58,602 bases of DNA from Minisyncoccota bacterium (lineage in GTDB: Bacteria > Patescibacteriota > Minisyncoccia > Phycocordibacterales > UBA12079): contig JAGMBS010000001.1 of NCBI GenBank assembly GCA_023129575.1, positions 1 to 58,602 of the forward strand, read 5' to 3'. Position numbers and translations under genes: made by a program. The notes under the pieces are model-generated. The model was not told the origin of the DNA, did not search any database, and saw only the letters and a program-made list of their open reading frames with translations. This document shows, in pieces, positions 17,530-27,502 of the stretch. The first letter of the stretch is position 1. Each line of letters begins with the position of its first letter.

Positions 17530-18782
17530 AAAAACTAAACATACTCCAAATAGGCACAGTGGATAACAAAGGCGGTGCAGCCCTTGTTTCATACCATTTA
17601 AAACGAAAACTAGAAAAACTGGGGTACATTACCAGTATGTTTGTTAAACGAAAATATTCAGATGATAAAAATATTTTTTTGATTGAAAAACAGAATAAAT
17701 TATTTAAAAAAATATCGCGATTATTAAAAAAAATAACCACAAAAGACATACCTAATTATATAAAAAATAAAATACGCCTTTTCCTCAGTAATGATATAGC
17801 ATTTTTTAATAATAAAAATCTATTAAACTCAGCAGAATTTAAAAATGCTGATATAATCCATTGTCATAATCTGCATGGAAATTATTTTAATCTAAAATTG
17901 TTACAAAAAATTTCTAAAATAAAACCGGTTATTTGGACACTTCACGATATGTGGGCAATAACACCTCACGAAGCATGGATTATTAAAGATAAAAATGATA
18001 TCGTAAAATTTAGTTTAGAAATCAATCCTCCGTTCTCTCAAAAAAAGAAAGTGAAAATATTAAAACAAAAAAAAGAAATTTACAAAAACTCACAACTAAA
18101 TATAATTCCTGTTTCAAATTGGCTAGAAAGACAATTGAAAGAAAGCATACTTAAAAATCAAAATATTAATCTAATTTATAATGGAATAAATAATATTACT
18201 TTTAAAAAAAGTAATAAAATAGAAAATCGGAAAGAACTAAATATTCCGTTAGATAAAAAAATCATTACTTTTTTAGCTAATGGGGGTAGAAATAACAAAC
18301 AAAAAGGGTGGGAGCATATGGAAAAAATAATTAATCATTACAGAAACAACAAAAATATTTTATTTTTATGCATCGGAGGAACAGAAGAATATGAACAATC
18401 TAATAATATTAAATATATTGAATACATAAAAGATGAGTCGCTACTTGCAAAATATTATTCTGCCTCTGATATTTTTCTTTTTACATCTTTAGCTGAAAAT
18501 TTCCCATTAACAATTTTGGAAGCAATGAGTTGCGGAACCCCCATTGTGAGTTTTGATGTCGGTGGCGTTAAAGAGGCGGTAATTCATAAAAAAAATGGAT
18601 ATATTGCTAAATACCAAGATACTGATGACTTAATAGCTGGAATTAAATATATATTTGGGTTAAATGACGACGAATTAAATAGAATGTCACAAAATTCAAT
18701 ACAAAAAATAAAGGAAAATTTTACTTTAGATATAATGATAAACAGTTATATAAAACTTTATAAAAACATTCTAAAAAAATGA
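17526..18782 (+). CDS. GT4-family glycosyltransferase
   Basis: 418 aa. GT-B C-terminal E-x7-E region ENFPLTILEAMSCGTPIVSFDVGG. Confidence 0.85.
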   Translation: MKKLNILQIGTVDNKGGAALVSYHLKRKLEKLGYITSMFVKRKYSDDKNIFLIEKQNKLFKKISRLLKKITTKDIPNYIKNKIRLFLSNDIAFFNNKNLLNSAEFKNADIIHCHNLHGNYFNLKLLQKISKIKPVIWTLHDMWAITPHEAWIIKDKNDIVKFSLEINPPFSQKKKVKILKQKKEIYKNSQLNIIPVSNWLERQLKESILKNQNINLIYNGINNITFKKSNKIENRKELNIPLDKKIITFLANGGRNNKQKGWEHMEKIINHYRNNKNILFLCIGGTEEYEQSNNIKYIEYIKDESLLAKYYSASDIFLFTSLAENFPLTILEAMSCGTPIVSFDVGGVKEAVIHKKNGYIAKYQDTDDLIAGIKYIFGLNDDELNRMSQNSIQKIKENFTLDIMINSYIKLYKNILKK

Positions 18783-19663
18783 AGAAATACCCAAAATTAT
18801 CAATAGTGACCCCATCTCTTAACCAAGGGCAATATATAGAGCAAACGATCAAGAGTGTTTTGTCACAAGAAGGTGATTTTTATATTGATTATATAATTTC
18901 CGATGGTGGATCAACTGACAACAGTATAGAAATTATTAAAAAATATGGTGAGTTGCTAAAAACGAAAAAATACCATATCAAATGTAAGGGTATTTCATAT
19001 CGTTGGTGGTCTGAAAAAGATAACGGACAATCACATGCTATAAATAAAGGTTTTAAAATAGCAAAAGGTGATATTTTAGCATGGATAAACTCAGATGATT
19101 ATTATGAACCGGGTGCGTTTGAATTTATTATGGGAAAATTCAAAGAAAACCCTGGTGTTGATTTAATTTATGGAGATGGCCGTATTATTAACGGAAAAGC
19201 GAAAACCACAAAAATATCATTGCAACCACAAGGAACTTTAAAAAAATTATTAGAAGGAGATTGTTTTATATTTCAACCATCATCCTTTTTTACAAAAAAA
19301 ATATTAACAAATGTTGAATTCTTAAACGAAAATTTACATTATGCAATGGATTATGACTTATGGATTAAAATTTTTAAACAAGGGAGAGCGCTTCATTTTG
19401 CAAAATTACTTTCAAATTTTCGAATTTGGGAAAATTCAAAATCTGGATCTCAACAAAAACAATTTTTATCTGATAGAAAAAAAATATTTAAAAAATATGG
19501 TGGTAACATAATTAGAAGGAGAACAATTTGTAAAATTAAAAACAAACTTCCTGGAATATTTTTTTTCGAAAAACAATTCCCTATACTTTATAAACAAATC
19601 AAAATAATTTTTTATTTTTTTATAAACAAGTTAAAATATAGAATAAAAAACAATAAAACATGA
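18779..19663 (+). CDS. GT2-family glycosyltransferase
   Basis: 294 aa. LSIVTPSLNQGQYIEQTIKSVLSQ, ISDGGSTDNS, AWINSDDYY. Confidence 0.85.
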   Translation: MKKYPKLSIVTPSLNQGQYIEQTIKSVLSQEGDFYIDYIISDGGSTDNSIEIIKKYGELLKTKKYHIKCKGISYRWWSEKDNGQSHAINKGFKIAKGDILAWINSDDYYEPGAFEFIMGKFKENPGVDLIYGDGRIINGKAKTTKISLQPQGTLKKLLEGDCFIFQPSSFFTKKILTNVEFLNENLHYAMDYDLWIKIFKQGRALHFAKLLSNFRIWENSKSGSQQKQFLSDRKKIFKKYGGNIIRRRTICKIKNKLPGIFFFEKQFPILYKQIKIIFYFFINKLKYRIKNNKT

Positions 19664-20760
19664 AAATCTTTATTATTGATGTTTATTATAAAATCTTCCT
19701 GCGAGATTTTTATAATAAAAATCCAAAATTAAAAAACCAAACATACGAGGAGCAAAAAAAGGTTCTTTTGGCTGAACAATTTGGTACAGCTGACTTTTAT
19801 TCTAAAAATCTTAAAAAACTTGGACATCAAGCTGAAGAATTTATAATAAATAATGAAATATTACAAAAACAATGGGCAAAGGAACATAATATTAAATATA
19901 AAAAAAATTATTTTCAAAAAATTCCGAAATTAAAATGGCTTGTAAAATCGGACTGGAAAGAAAAAATATTAAAAGCGCAAATTAAAGATTTTGAACCGGA
20001 TATAATTTATTGCCAAAGTTTAAATGCTTTTAATCCTAATTTCTTAAAAAAAATTAAAAAATACAGCAAATTATTAGTGGGACAAATTGCTTCTTCATTA
20101 CCTGCAAAAGAATATTCCCCGATTTACGACTTAATTCTTACATCATTCCCCCATTATGTTCAAAGATTTAGAAATAGCGGTATTAATAGTGAATACTTCA
20201 AAATAGGATTTGAACAAACAATTTTAGAAAAATTATCAATCTCTCAAAAAAAATATGACACGGTCTTTGTAGGTGGAATTTCAGATTTTCATAGTGCTGG
20301 AACAAAATTATTAGAATTCTTATCTGAGAAGAACAAGTTAGATATCTGGGGATATGGAACTGAAAATTTGCCAACAAACTCATCAATCCATAAAAACCAC
20401 CATGGTTCTGCTTGGGGAATAGAAATGTATAATATTTTATACAATTCAAAAATCGTTATAAATAGACATATTGATACCGCTGAAAACAATGCCAATAATA
20501 TGCGACTTTACGAAACAACAGGAGTAGGCACAATGCTTATCACAGATATGAAAGATAACTTAGGAGAGTTATTTAAAATCGGAGAAGAAATTGAAACTTA
20601 TTCAAATGCAGAAGAATTATCAGAAAAGATTAATTATTATTTAACACACGAGGATGAAAGAAAAAAAATCGCTTTGGCTGGGCAAAAAAGAACATTGCAA
20701 AACCATACTTATAAAATTAGAATGCAAGAATTAGTGGAAATCTTAAAAAAATATCTATGA
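19660..20760 (+). CDS. CgeB/DUF3880-like GT-B glycosyltransferase
   Basis: 366 aa. The C-terminal NMRLYETTGVGTMLITD...YSNAEELSEKINYYL...AGQKR pattern resembles Glyco_trans_1_2/CgeB-like proteins. Confidence 0.6.
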   Translation: MKIFIIDVYYKIFLRDFYNKNPKLKNQTYEEQKKVLLAEQFGTADFYSKNLKKLGHQAEEFIINNEILQKQWAKEHNIKYKKNYFQKIPKLKWLVKSDWKEKILKAQIKDFEPDIIYCQSLNAFNPNFLKKIKKYSKLLVGQIASSLPAKEYSPIYDLILTSFPHYVQRFRNSGINSEYFKIGFEQTILEKLSISQKKYDTVFVGGISDFHSAGTKLLEFLSEKNKLDIWGYGTENLPTNSSIHKNHHGSAWGIEMYNILYNSKIVINRHIDTAENNANNMRLYETTGVGTMLITDMKDNLGELFKIGEEIETYSNAEELSEKINYYLTHEDERKKIALAGQKRTLQNHTYKIRMQELVEILKKYL

Positions 20761-21551
20761 TAAAAAATATTTTGAAAAAAATCCTCCCAAAACCTATTAT
20801 AAAATTATTAAAACAATTTAAATATTGTAGTTTTAATAATCTTAAAAAATCAAAACAAAAACACAGAACCATAATCAAAAATCCTAACTTAAAGGAATTA
20901 AAAAAAATCTATAACAATACTTGGAAAAATAACTCCATTCCACTAAAACAACTTAAAATAACCGAGAAGGAACTACCTAATTTTATAAATAACACCAATA
21001 TGAAATTTTGTGTTGCACTTATTAAAAAAACAAATCTTAAAACCCCAAATCTCTTAGAGATAGGATGTTCTACTGGTTATTTTTCTGAAATCTTTAAAAG
21101 AACAGGAATAAAAGGAAAATATGAGGGATGTGATTATTCTAAAGAATTTATTAAAATTGCAAAACAAAAATATTCAAATATTCCATTTACTATTAATGAT
21201 GCTACTAAATTAAATTATGAAAATAAAAAATTTGATATTGTTATTTCTGGGTGCTGTCTTCTCCATATCATAAATTACCAAAAAGCAATTTCTGAAGCCG
21301 TTAGAGTAAGCAAGGAATTCGTTATATTTTATAGAACTCCAATTTTACATCTTAAAAAAACCATTTTTACAAAAAAAATAGGCTATGATTTAGAGATGTT
21401 AGAAATTTTATTTAATGAAAATGAATTAATTGATTTATTCCTCAAAAACGGTTTACTTATACAATCTGTCAAAACACACTCTCGGTCTTTTATTAAAGAA
21501 ATTAATGAACCTGTTTTTGTTAAAAGTTACTTATGCAAAAAAATAAAATAA
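20757..21551 (+). CDS. Class I SAM-dependent methyltransferase
   Basis: 264 aa. LLEIGCSTGYFSE...GCDYSKEFIKIAKQKY...FDIVISGCCLLHI. Confidence 0.8.
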   Translation: MIKNILKKILPKPIIKLLKQFKYCSFNNLKKSKQKHRTIIKNPNLKELKKIYNNTWKNNSIPLKQLKITEKELPNFINNTNMKFCVALIKKTNLKTPNLLEIGCSTGYFSEIFKRTGIKGKYEGCDYSKEFIKIAKQKYSNIPFTINDATKLNYENKKFDIVISGCCLLHIINYQKAISEAVRVSKEFVIFYRTPILHLKKTIFTKKIGYDLEMLEILFNENELIDLFLKNGLLIQSVKTHSRSFIKEINEPVFVKSYLCKKIK

Positions 21552-21555
21552 TATT

Positions 21556-22524
21556 ATGAAATATCACTTTTGTACATTATTTGATAAAAATTACTTAATA
21601 AAAGGACTCGCTCTGTATAATTCTCTTTGTGAACACATTGATTCTTTTTGTTTATGGATTCTATGTCTTGATGATGAAACTTATTCCATTCTTAATACAA
21701 TGAAATTGCAAAATATGAAATTAATTAAGTTATCCGATTTTGAAACAAAAGAATTGAAAGAAATTAGAAAAACTCGTAGTTTGGCAGAATATTATTTTAC
21801 TTTGGGACCATCATTTATTTCTTCAATCCTTACAAAACCAGAGATTTCTTTAATAACTTATCTTGATGCTGATTTATTCTTTTTTTCTTCTCCAAAACCA
21901 ATTTTTCAGAAATTTGAAAACCATTCTGTCCTCATTACCCCACACAGGATGTCTCCAAAGCAAAAAGATTATGAGGAAAAGGTAGGTAAATATAATGTAG
22001 GATTGCTTGTGTTTAGAGATGACAAAGACGGTCAGGACTGTTTAAATTGGTGGAAAAATGAATGTCTCAAATGGTGTTACCACCGAGCAGAATCTGGTAG
22101 ATATGCAGACCAAAAATACCTTGATTATTTCCCTACAAAGTTTAATAATGTGTATATTCTCAATCAAAAAGGGTCTAATTTAGCTCCGTGGAATATAGAA
22201 CAATACAAAAGCAAATTACACTTAAAAGATAAAAATGTGTATATTGGTAATGACAAACTTATATTTTTCCATTTTGCAAAATTTTCCCTTTATTTTCCAA
22301 AATCTCATATTCGCCCTGATACTCCAAGCCGTTATTATTTAAAGACAGGCATTCAAAAACAATACATTTATTGTCCCTATGCCCAAGCACTTTATAAAGC
22401 CCTTTCTCAGATTAAGATAAAAAATCCATCTTTTTCTGAAGGTATTATTTCCAGACCAGCAAATTATTCTGACATCATGAGTTCAATTAAAAACTTCGTT
22501 AAATCCAAAATAAAAAATGATTAA
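21556..22524 (+). CDS. GT-A fold glycosyltransferase (GT8-like nucleotide-diphospho-sugar transferase)
   Basis: 322 aa. YHFCTLFDKNY...ITYLDADLFFF (DxD) and ADQKYLD motifs. Confidence 0.6.
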   Translation: MKYHFCTLFDKNYLIKGLALYNSLCEHIDSFCLWILCLDDETYSILNTMKLQNMKLIKLSDFETKELKEIRKTRSLAEYYFTLGPSFISSILTKPEISLITYLDADLFFFSSPKPIFQKFENHSVLITPHRMSPKQKDYEEKVGKYNVGLLVFRDDKDGQDCLNWWKNECLKWCYHRAESGRYADQKYLDYFPTKFNNVYILNQKGSNLAPWNIEQYKSKLHLKDKNVYIGNDKLIFFHFAKFSLYFPKSHIRPDTPSRYYLKTGIQKQYIYCPYAQALYKALSQIKIKNPSFSEGIISRPANYSDIMSSIKNFVKSKIKND

Positions 22525-22939
22525 AAAAATAAAAGTTAAAAATTCTGGAATTATAAAATTACAATCTTATGATGATTTTCCTGATGGTAATTTAACTATT
22601 GCTGAATCAAGAAAAAATATTCCTTTTGACATTAAAAGAGTATATTTTATAAATAACTTATTCAATAACAAATCAATTCGTGGGAAACATGCTCATAAAA
22701 AATTAAAGCAGATTATTTTTTGTATTAACGGTCATTTTACTTTGAATTTAGATGACGGAAAAAACAAACAAAAAATTCTAATGAACAATCCATCTTATGG
22801 AATTTACCTTGGTTCAAAACTATGGCATACAATGAATAAATTTTCATCTAATTGTGTAATCTTAGTTTTAGCTGAAGATTATTATACCGAAAAAGATTAT
22901 CTTAGAAATTATAATGATTTTCTAAAGTATATAAAATAA
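22517..22939 (+). CDS. fdtA: WxcM/FdtA-like cupin, NDP-4-keto-6-deoxyhexose 3,4-ketoisomerase
   Basis: 140 aa. RVYFINNL...RGKHAHKKLKQIIFCINGHFTL...GIYLGSKLWH, with the FdtA/QdtA His pair. Confidence 0.75.
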   Translation: MIKKIKVKNSGIIKLQSYDDFPDGNLTIAESRKNIPFDIKRVYFINNLFNNKSIRGKHAHKKLKQIIFCINGHFTLNLDDGKNKQKILMNNPSYGIYLGSKLWHTMNKFSSNCVILVLAEDYYTEKDYLRNYNDFLKYIK

Positions 22940-22941
22940 TT

Positions 22942-24033
22942 ATGCAAATTCCATTTTTTGATTATAAACAACAATTAAAACCCTTAAAACCTGAAATAAA
23001 CAAGGTTATTAATAGTGTGTTAGATTCGGGACAATTGATTTTAGGAAACGAAGTAAGAAAGTTTGAAAACAATTTTGCTAAATTTATAAACACTAAATAT
23101 GGAATAGGAGTAAATTCTGGGACTGATGCAATTAAAATAGCCATGGTAGCATTAGATATTAAAAACGGTGATGAGGTAATAACTGTTGCAAATACAGCAA
23201 TCCCTACCATAAGTGCGATAAGAGAAATTGGGGCTATGCCTAAATTTGTTGATATCAAAAATGATTTTACCATAGATGAAAATAAGATAGAGAAAGTTAT
23301 AACAAAAAAGACAAGGGTTATTTTATCTGTTCATCTATATGGTCAACCTTGCAATATGTCAGTCATAATTAAAATAGCCAAAAAACATAATCTCAAAATT
23401 TTAGAAGATTGTGCTCAATCTCACGGAGCTCAATTAAAAAACAAGAAAGTTGGAAGTTTTGGTGATATTAGTTGTTTTAGCTTTTATCCAACTAAAAATT
23501 TAGGTGCTTATGGCGATGCTGGTATAATTTTAACTTCTAACAAGAAACTATTTGATAAGTGTAAGATGCTACGAACTTATGGAATGAAAAATACTTATTA
23601 TTCTCATATCGAAGGATATAATAGCAGAATGGACGAAATACAGGCAGGAATTTTAAATATAAAACTGAAGCATTTGAAAAAGTGGAATAACAATCGTCGC
23701 CAAATTGCTGAATATTATTTAAATAATATAAAGAATTCTAAAATTATATTGCCGAAAATAAAAGATATAAATAATCATATATTTCATCTCTTTGTTGTTA
23801 GAACCAATCAAAGAAAAAAATTTACTAAATACTTACTTAAACACAAAATAAGATATGGAATTCATTACCAATTCCCTATTCATTTACAAACTGCTTATAA
23901 ATTTTTAAATTATAAAAAAGGCAACCTACCAATTACCGAGAAATTTTCTAAACAAATTGTATCATTACCAATATTTCCAGAATTAACAAAAACAGAAATT
24001 CAGTATATAGTTAATACAATAAATAATTTTTAA
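22942..24033 (+). CDS. fdtB: DegT/DnrJ/EryC1-family PLP-dependent NDP-ketosugar aminotransferase (FdtB/QdtB-like)
   Basis: 363 aa. GNEVRKFENNFA...FSFYPTKNLGAYGDAG (PLP Lys) ...YNSRMDEIQAGIL. Confidence 0.9.
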   Translation: MQIPFFDYKQQLKPLKPEINKVINSVLDSGQLILGNEVRKFENNFAKFINTKYGIGVNSGTDAIKIAMVALDIKNGDEVITVANTAIPTISAIREIGAMPKFVDIKNDFTIDENKIEKVITKKTRVILSVHLYGQPCNMSVIIKIAKKHNLKILEDCAQSHGAQLKNKKVGSFGDISCFSFYPTKNLGAYGDAGIILTSNKKLFDKCKMLRTYGMKNTYYSHIEGYNSRMDEIQAGILNIKLKHLKKWNNNRRQIAEYYLNNIKNSKIILPKIKDINNHIFHLFVVRTNQRKKFTKYLLKHKIRYGIHYQFPIHLQTAYKFLNYKKGNLPITEKFSKQIVSLPIFPELTKTEIQYIVNTINNF

Positions 24034-24039
24034 TAATTT

Positions 24040-24966
24040 ATGAAAAATAACCAAGAGAAATTTCTAAAAATAAACAAACCCCAACATTGTGTCTTTATTT
24101 TATGGAGTAATGGGTTTAAAAATGCTCCTGAAATAATTGATATTATTCGCGATTATCCTGAAATTGAACTTCAAAAGGTTTTTTTATACCAAACAAATAA
24201 TATTAAAAAATTTATTGATCAAGTTTACGCAAGAGACGATGTCCCCCGAGTACATTTGAAGAAAAAAACAAAATACATTAAACGGAGTAAAAACCCTAAT
24301 ATCGCTGTTGTTTTGGCAAAAAACCATAACCCGCAGGAAATATTACGAGGACGGGGAGAATTTCGCCATATAGAATGTCAACGAGTAAAAGATTTGAAGG
24401 ACAAAATACGAAATCAATTCAACCCTAAAAAAACAAACGGCGATAGAACAGAGGAACATGTTATCCATGCGACTGATTCTGAACATCATGTAGATTATCT
24501 TTTAAAAATACTGGGATATAAAGAAGGACTGCAACATTTTACCAAAACATCTAACAGTATTTTATCTGTCCCCCACCATATTAAATCTTTTAGTCATTTT
24601 ACAATAAAAAAAGTTCCAATAAATTCAATCTACTGTCATTTTATCACAGGCACACGGCATTCTTTCTCTACTGAAATTATGCCTTTGGAAGATTCTCCTC
24701 ATTATAAATTTCTTATTGGGCAACCTAAAGTATATGAAAAATATCTCAAAGAATTCCACGGCATTCATATCACTGATGATTATAGCCCTGAAAAGTTTAA
24801 ACAATTAGCTGAAAATTTTTCCTATTTATCCGCCCCGAATCAATTAAATTATATTCTTACTGACGAATTTCAATTAAATAAATATGTAATTAGGAATGGA
24901 CTTCACAGAGCAGTTATCCTTAAAAATCAAGGTTGTAAAGAAATTCCCATTCTTATAAAGCAATAA
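24040..24966 (+). CDS. Hypothetical protein; possible NDK-like N-terminal region and ParB/Srx-like C-terminal motif
   Basis: 308 aa. IAVVLAKNHN...IRNQF...HVIHATDSEHHV is reminiscent of nucleoside-diphosphate-kinase fold motifs. C-terminal VIRNGLHRAVILKNQGCKEIPI resembles the ParB/sulfiredoxin DGxHR motif. Both resemblances are weak and judged by eye. Confidence 0.35.
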   Translation: MKNNQEKFLKINKPQHCVFILWSNGFKNAPEIIDIIRDYPEIELQKVFLYQTNNIKKFIDQVYARDDVPRVHLKKKTKYIKRSKNPNIAVVLAKNHNPQEILRGRGEFRHIECQRVKDLKDKIRNQFNPKKTNGDRTEEHVIHATDSEHHVDYLLKILGYKEGLQHFTKTSNSILSVPHHIKSFSHFTIKKVPINSIYCHFITGTRHSFSTEIMPLEDSPHYKFLIGQPKVYEKYLKEFHGIHITDDYSPEKFKQLAENFSYLSAPNQLNYILTDEFQLNKYVIRNGLHRAVILKNQGCKEIPILIKQ

Positions 24967-24970
24967 AATT

Positions 24971-25690
24971 ATGCCGGATATACCAAAATTAAATATTATT
25001 GATTTTATAAAACAAATTGAAAATCTGAATTATATTATCATCAAAAAACCCGAGCATTTCCCTGATTATTATACCGGAAGCGATTTGGATATTATTTGCG
25101 ATAATAAAAAGGACTTAATACAAAAATTATTGCTCGTTGGCAATGATTATATAAAAAATCATAATTTTGAAATACGAGTGGCTTCCAACGAAAATACTTC
25201 GCACACCAAAGTGGATTTTTATTTTGGGGAAATATTGGAGTTAAGATTTGATGTCCACGAGGGATTGCCTAAATTTAAAAATGTTAAAATTCGGGATGAT
25301 TATGCTAATTCTTTGCTTGAACGCAAACAAAAATTAGAAATAACTGATGGGAAAAGAATATCTACTATCGTTAATACCCCGTCAGATATTGACGAACTTA
25401 TTTTTCGTTATATTGAATATTTTGAATGGTTTGAAAGACGACCAGATAAAATAAAACACTTAGAATATGTTGAACAACATCTAAACAACGACAAGGAGAG
25501 AACTGTCTTTTTTGATCGTTTGCATACTTATATGGATTTAGTCGGCAAAGACGACATTTCAGCTCCTGCCAAACAATTTGGGAAGAATAAATTAACCAAA
25601 ACCGATATTAAAACCAAAATTAAACGAGAATTAAAATATCGCGCGCCTTTGATTTACAAAACACTTATCAAAATTAAAAGAAGATTATGA
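24971..25690 (+). CDS. Hypothetical protein; possible Pol-beta-superfamily nucleotidyltransferase fold
   Basis: 239 aa. TGSDLDIICD looks like the GS-x-D-x-D minimal NTase motif. Nothing else was recognised. Confidence 0.35.
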   Translation: MPDIPKLNIIDFIKQIENLNYIIIKKPEHFPDYYTGSDLDIICDNKKDLIQKLLLVGNDYIKNHNFEIRVASNENTSHTKVDFYFGEILELRFDVHEGLPKFKNVKIRDDYANSLLERKQKLEITDGKRISTIVNTPSDIDELIFRYIEYFEWFERRPDKIKHLEYVEQHLNNDKERTVFFDRLHTYMDLVGKDDISAPAKQFGKNKLTKTDIKTKIKRELKYRAPLIYKTLIKIKRRL

Positions 25691-26595
25691 TAATAATAAA
25701 ACTAAATGGTGGTTTAGGAAATCAGATGTTTCAATATGCCCTTGGAAAAAATCTATCCTATATAAAAAATACTTCTTTTAAATTAGATATTAGTCAATAT
25801 CAAAAAAAAATTGATATCCGACAATATGGATTAAATAATTTTAATATTAGCGAAAATTTTGCAACAGAAGAAGAAATAAAAAAATTCCAAAAACATCGTC
25901 CGCATTTTTCAAAACTTGGGAAAATATATGATTTTTTATTTTCCAATCCAAATAAATATATTAAAGAAAAAACTAGAAACTTTGATTCTAAAATTTTAAA
26001 TTCAAATAATAATGTATATTTAGATGGCTTTTGGCAAAGTGAAAAATATTTTTCCACCCAAAGTGGATCCGCCTTGGGCGGAAAAAATATAAAGCAAATC
26101 CTTCGAAAAGAATTTACTCTGAAAAATCAAACTTCAAAAAGTTTTAATATCTTAAATCAAAAAATTTCTGAATTTGAGAATAATTCAGTAGCTATCCATG
26201 TACGACACGGGGATTATTCTCGTAATCCAAAAGAAGGGGAAAGACACACAGCCCTCTCTCTTGAGTATTACAAAAAAGCAATAGAAAAAATAGACAGAAA
26301 AATATCAAATTCTCACTTTTTTATATTCTCAGATGATATAGAGTGGTGTAAACAACATTTTGATGAACTTAATAACATTTATTTTGTAGATAAAAATTTA
26401 CCGGATTATGAAACTTTAATTGCAATAAGTAAATGCAAACATCAAATTATTGCCAATAGTTCTTTTAGTTGGTGGGGAGCGTGGTTAAATTCAAATCCAA
26501 ATAAAATTGTAATTGCCCCTGCTCAATGGTATAACAATTTAAAAATTAATATAAGTGATCGTTTACCTAAAAATTGGATTAGAATAATTTTTTAA
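25687..26595 (+). CDS. GT11 alpha-1,2-fucosyltransferase
   Basis: 302 aa. IIKLNGGLGNQMFQYALG, HVRHGDY, FFIFSDDIEWCK, NSSFSWWGAWLN are the four GT11 motifs. Confidence 0.9.
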   Translation: MIIIKLNGGLGNQMFQYALGKNLSYIKNTSFKLDISQYQKKIDIRQYGLNNFNISENFATEEEIKKFQKHRPHFSKLGKIYDFLFSNPNKYIKEKTRNFDSKILNSNNNVYLDGFWQSEKYFSTQSGSALGGKNIKQILRKEFTLKNQTSKSFNILNQKISEFENNSVAIHVRHGDYSRNPKEGERHTALSLEYYKKAIEKIDRKISNSHFFIFSDDIEWCKQHFDELNNIYFVDKNLPDYETLIAISKCKHQIIANSSFSWWGAWLNSNPNKIVIAPAQWYNNLKINISDRLPKNWIRIIF

Positions 26596-27502
26596 TGAAT
26601 TTAAATAATCTATACCCCAAACCATTAAACAATAAACTAAAATAATGGATTATGATTATTGGACGAAAATATGTTCTGAAAGTTTTTAAAAACATCTTTC
26701 TTGCTTCTTTGTATCGTCCATCATTACGATAAAATTTCGCCAATAACATCAAGTGCTTAGATAATATCAAAGGCCTTTTTTTAAAATCTTCTTTATATTT
26801 CTCTAACAACATATGTCTCCCTTTAATTCTTTTTTCATATTTAGCTCCTCCTCCAAAATTGTTCCCCATCTGTTCATGACCACTTAATAAATGCATCTTT
26901 ATTAAAGGTTTGTTTATGGCAATCCCTTTATATTCTTTTGTAATTCTAATAACTAAGTCAATATCTGTATGACTTGGAAAGTTCTCACTTAAAAAACCCA
27001 CATTCTCAAAAACTTCTTTTTTTATTATTAAAGTACTAGATAAAAAACCATTAAACTTTCTGAGAGCAAATTCAAAATAATTATCTACCCCTTCAGGAAC
27101 TTGAGAATGTATTTCTCCCTCATCACGAACTTCTGTAATAGCTGTAAAACAAAAACCTGCTTCTGGATATTTTTCAAAAGCATTCATTTGTAATTCTAAC
27201 TTTTTAGGCAACCAAACATCATCATCATCAAGAAAGGCAACAAATTCACATTCTGCATTTTTTATACCTACATTTTTACCTCCAGAACACCCAGTATTTT
27301 TAATTTGGGGTAAATACTTGATCCTAGAATCATTAAAATTTTCTACAATATTTTTAGCAGGTTTATCTATTCCATTATCCACTACAAGTATCTCAAAATC
27401 TTGATATGTCTGATCTAAAATACTTTGAATAGCCAAGGGAATAAACTTTGGTCTATTGTATGTAACAATCACAACACTAACTTTAGGTTTTATATTATTC
27501 AT
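26579..27502 (-). CDS. GT2-family glycosyltransferase
   Basis: 307 aa. VSVVIVTYNRPKFIPLAIQSILDQTYQDFEILVVDNG, FLDDDD. Confidence 0.9.
   Translation of the reverse strand: MNNIKPKVSVVIVTYNRPKFIPLAIQSILDQTYQDFEILVVDNGIDKPAKNIVENFNDSRIKYLPQIKNTGCSGGKNVGIKNAECEFVAFLDDDDVWLPKKLELQMNAFEKYPEAGFCFTAITEVRDEGEIHSQVPEGVDNYFEFALRKFNGFLSSTLIIKKEVFENVGFLSENFPSHTDIDLVIRITKEYKGIAINKPLIKMHLLSGHEQMGNNFGGGAKYEKRIKGRHMLLEKYKEDFKKRPLILSKHLMLLAKFYRNDGRYKEARKMFLKTFRTYFRPIIIIHYFSLLFNGLGYRLFKFIKKLF

Noticed and set aside
26068-26082. Small GC-rich hairpin TCCGCC-ttg-GGCGGA inside the GT11 gene
   Set aside because: A stem of only 6 bp is too short to distinguish from chance. It is noted only because it resembles the larger intragenic palindromes.
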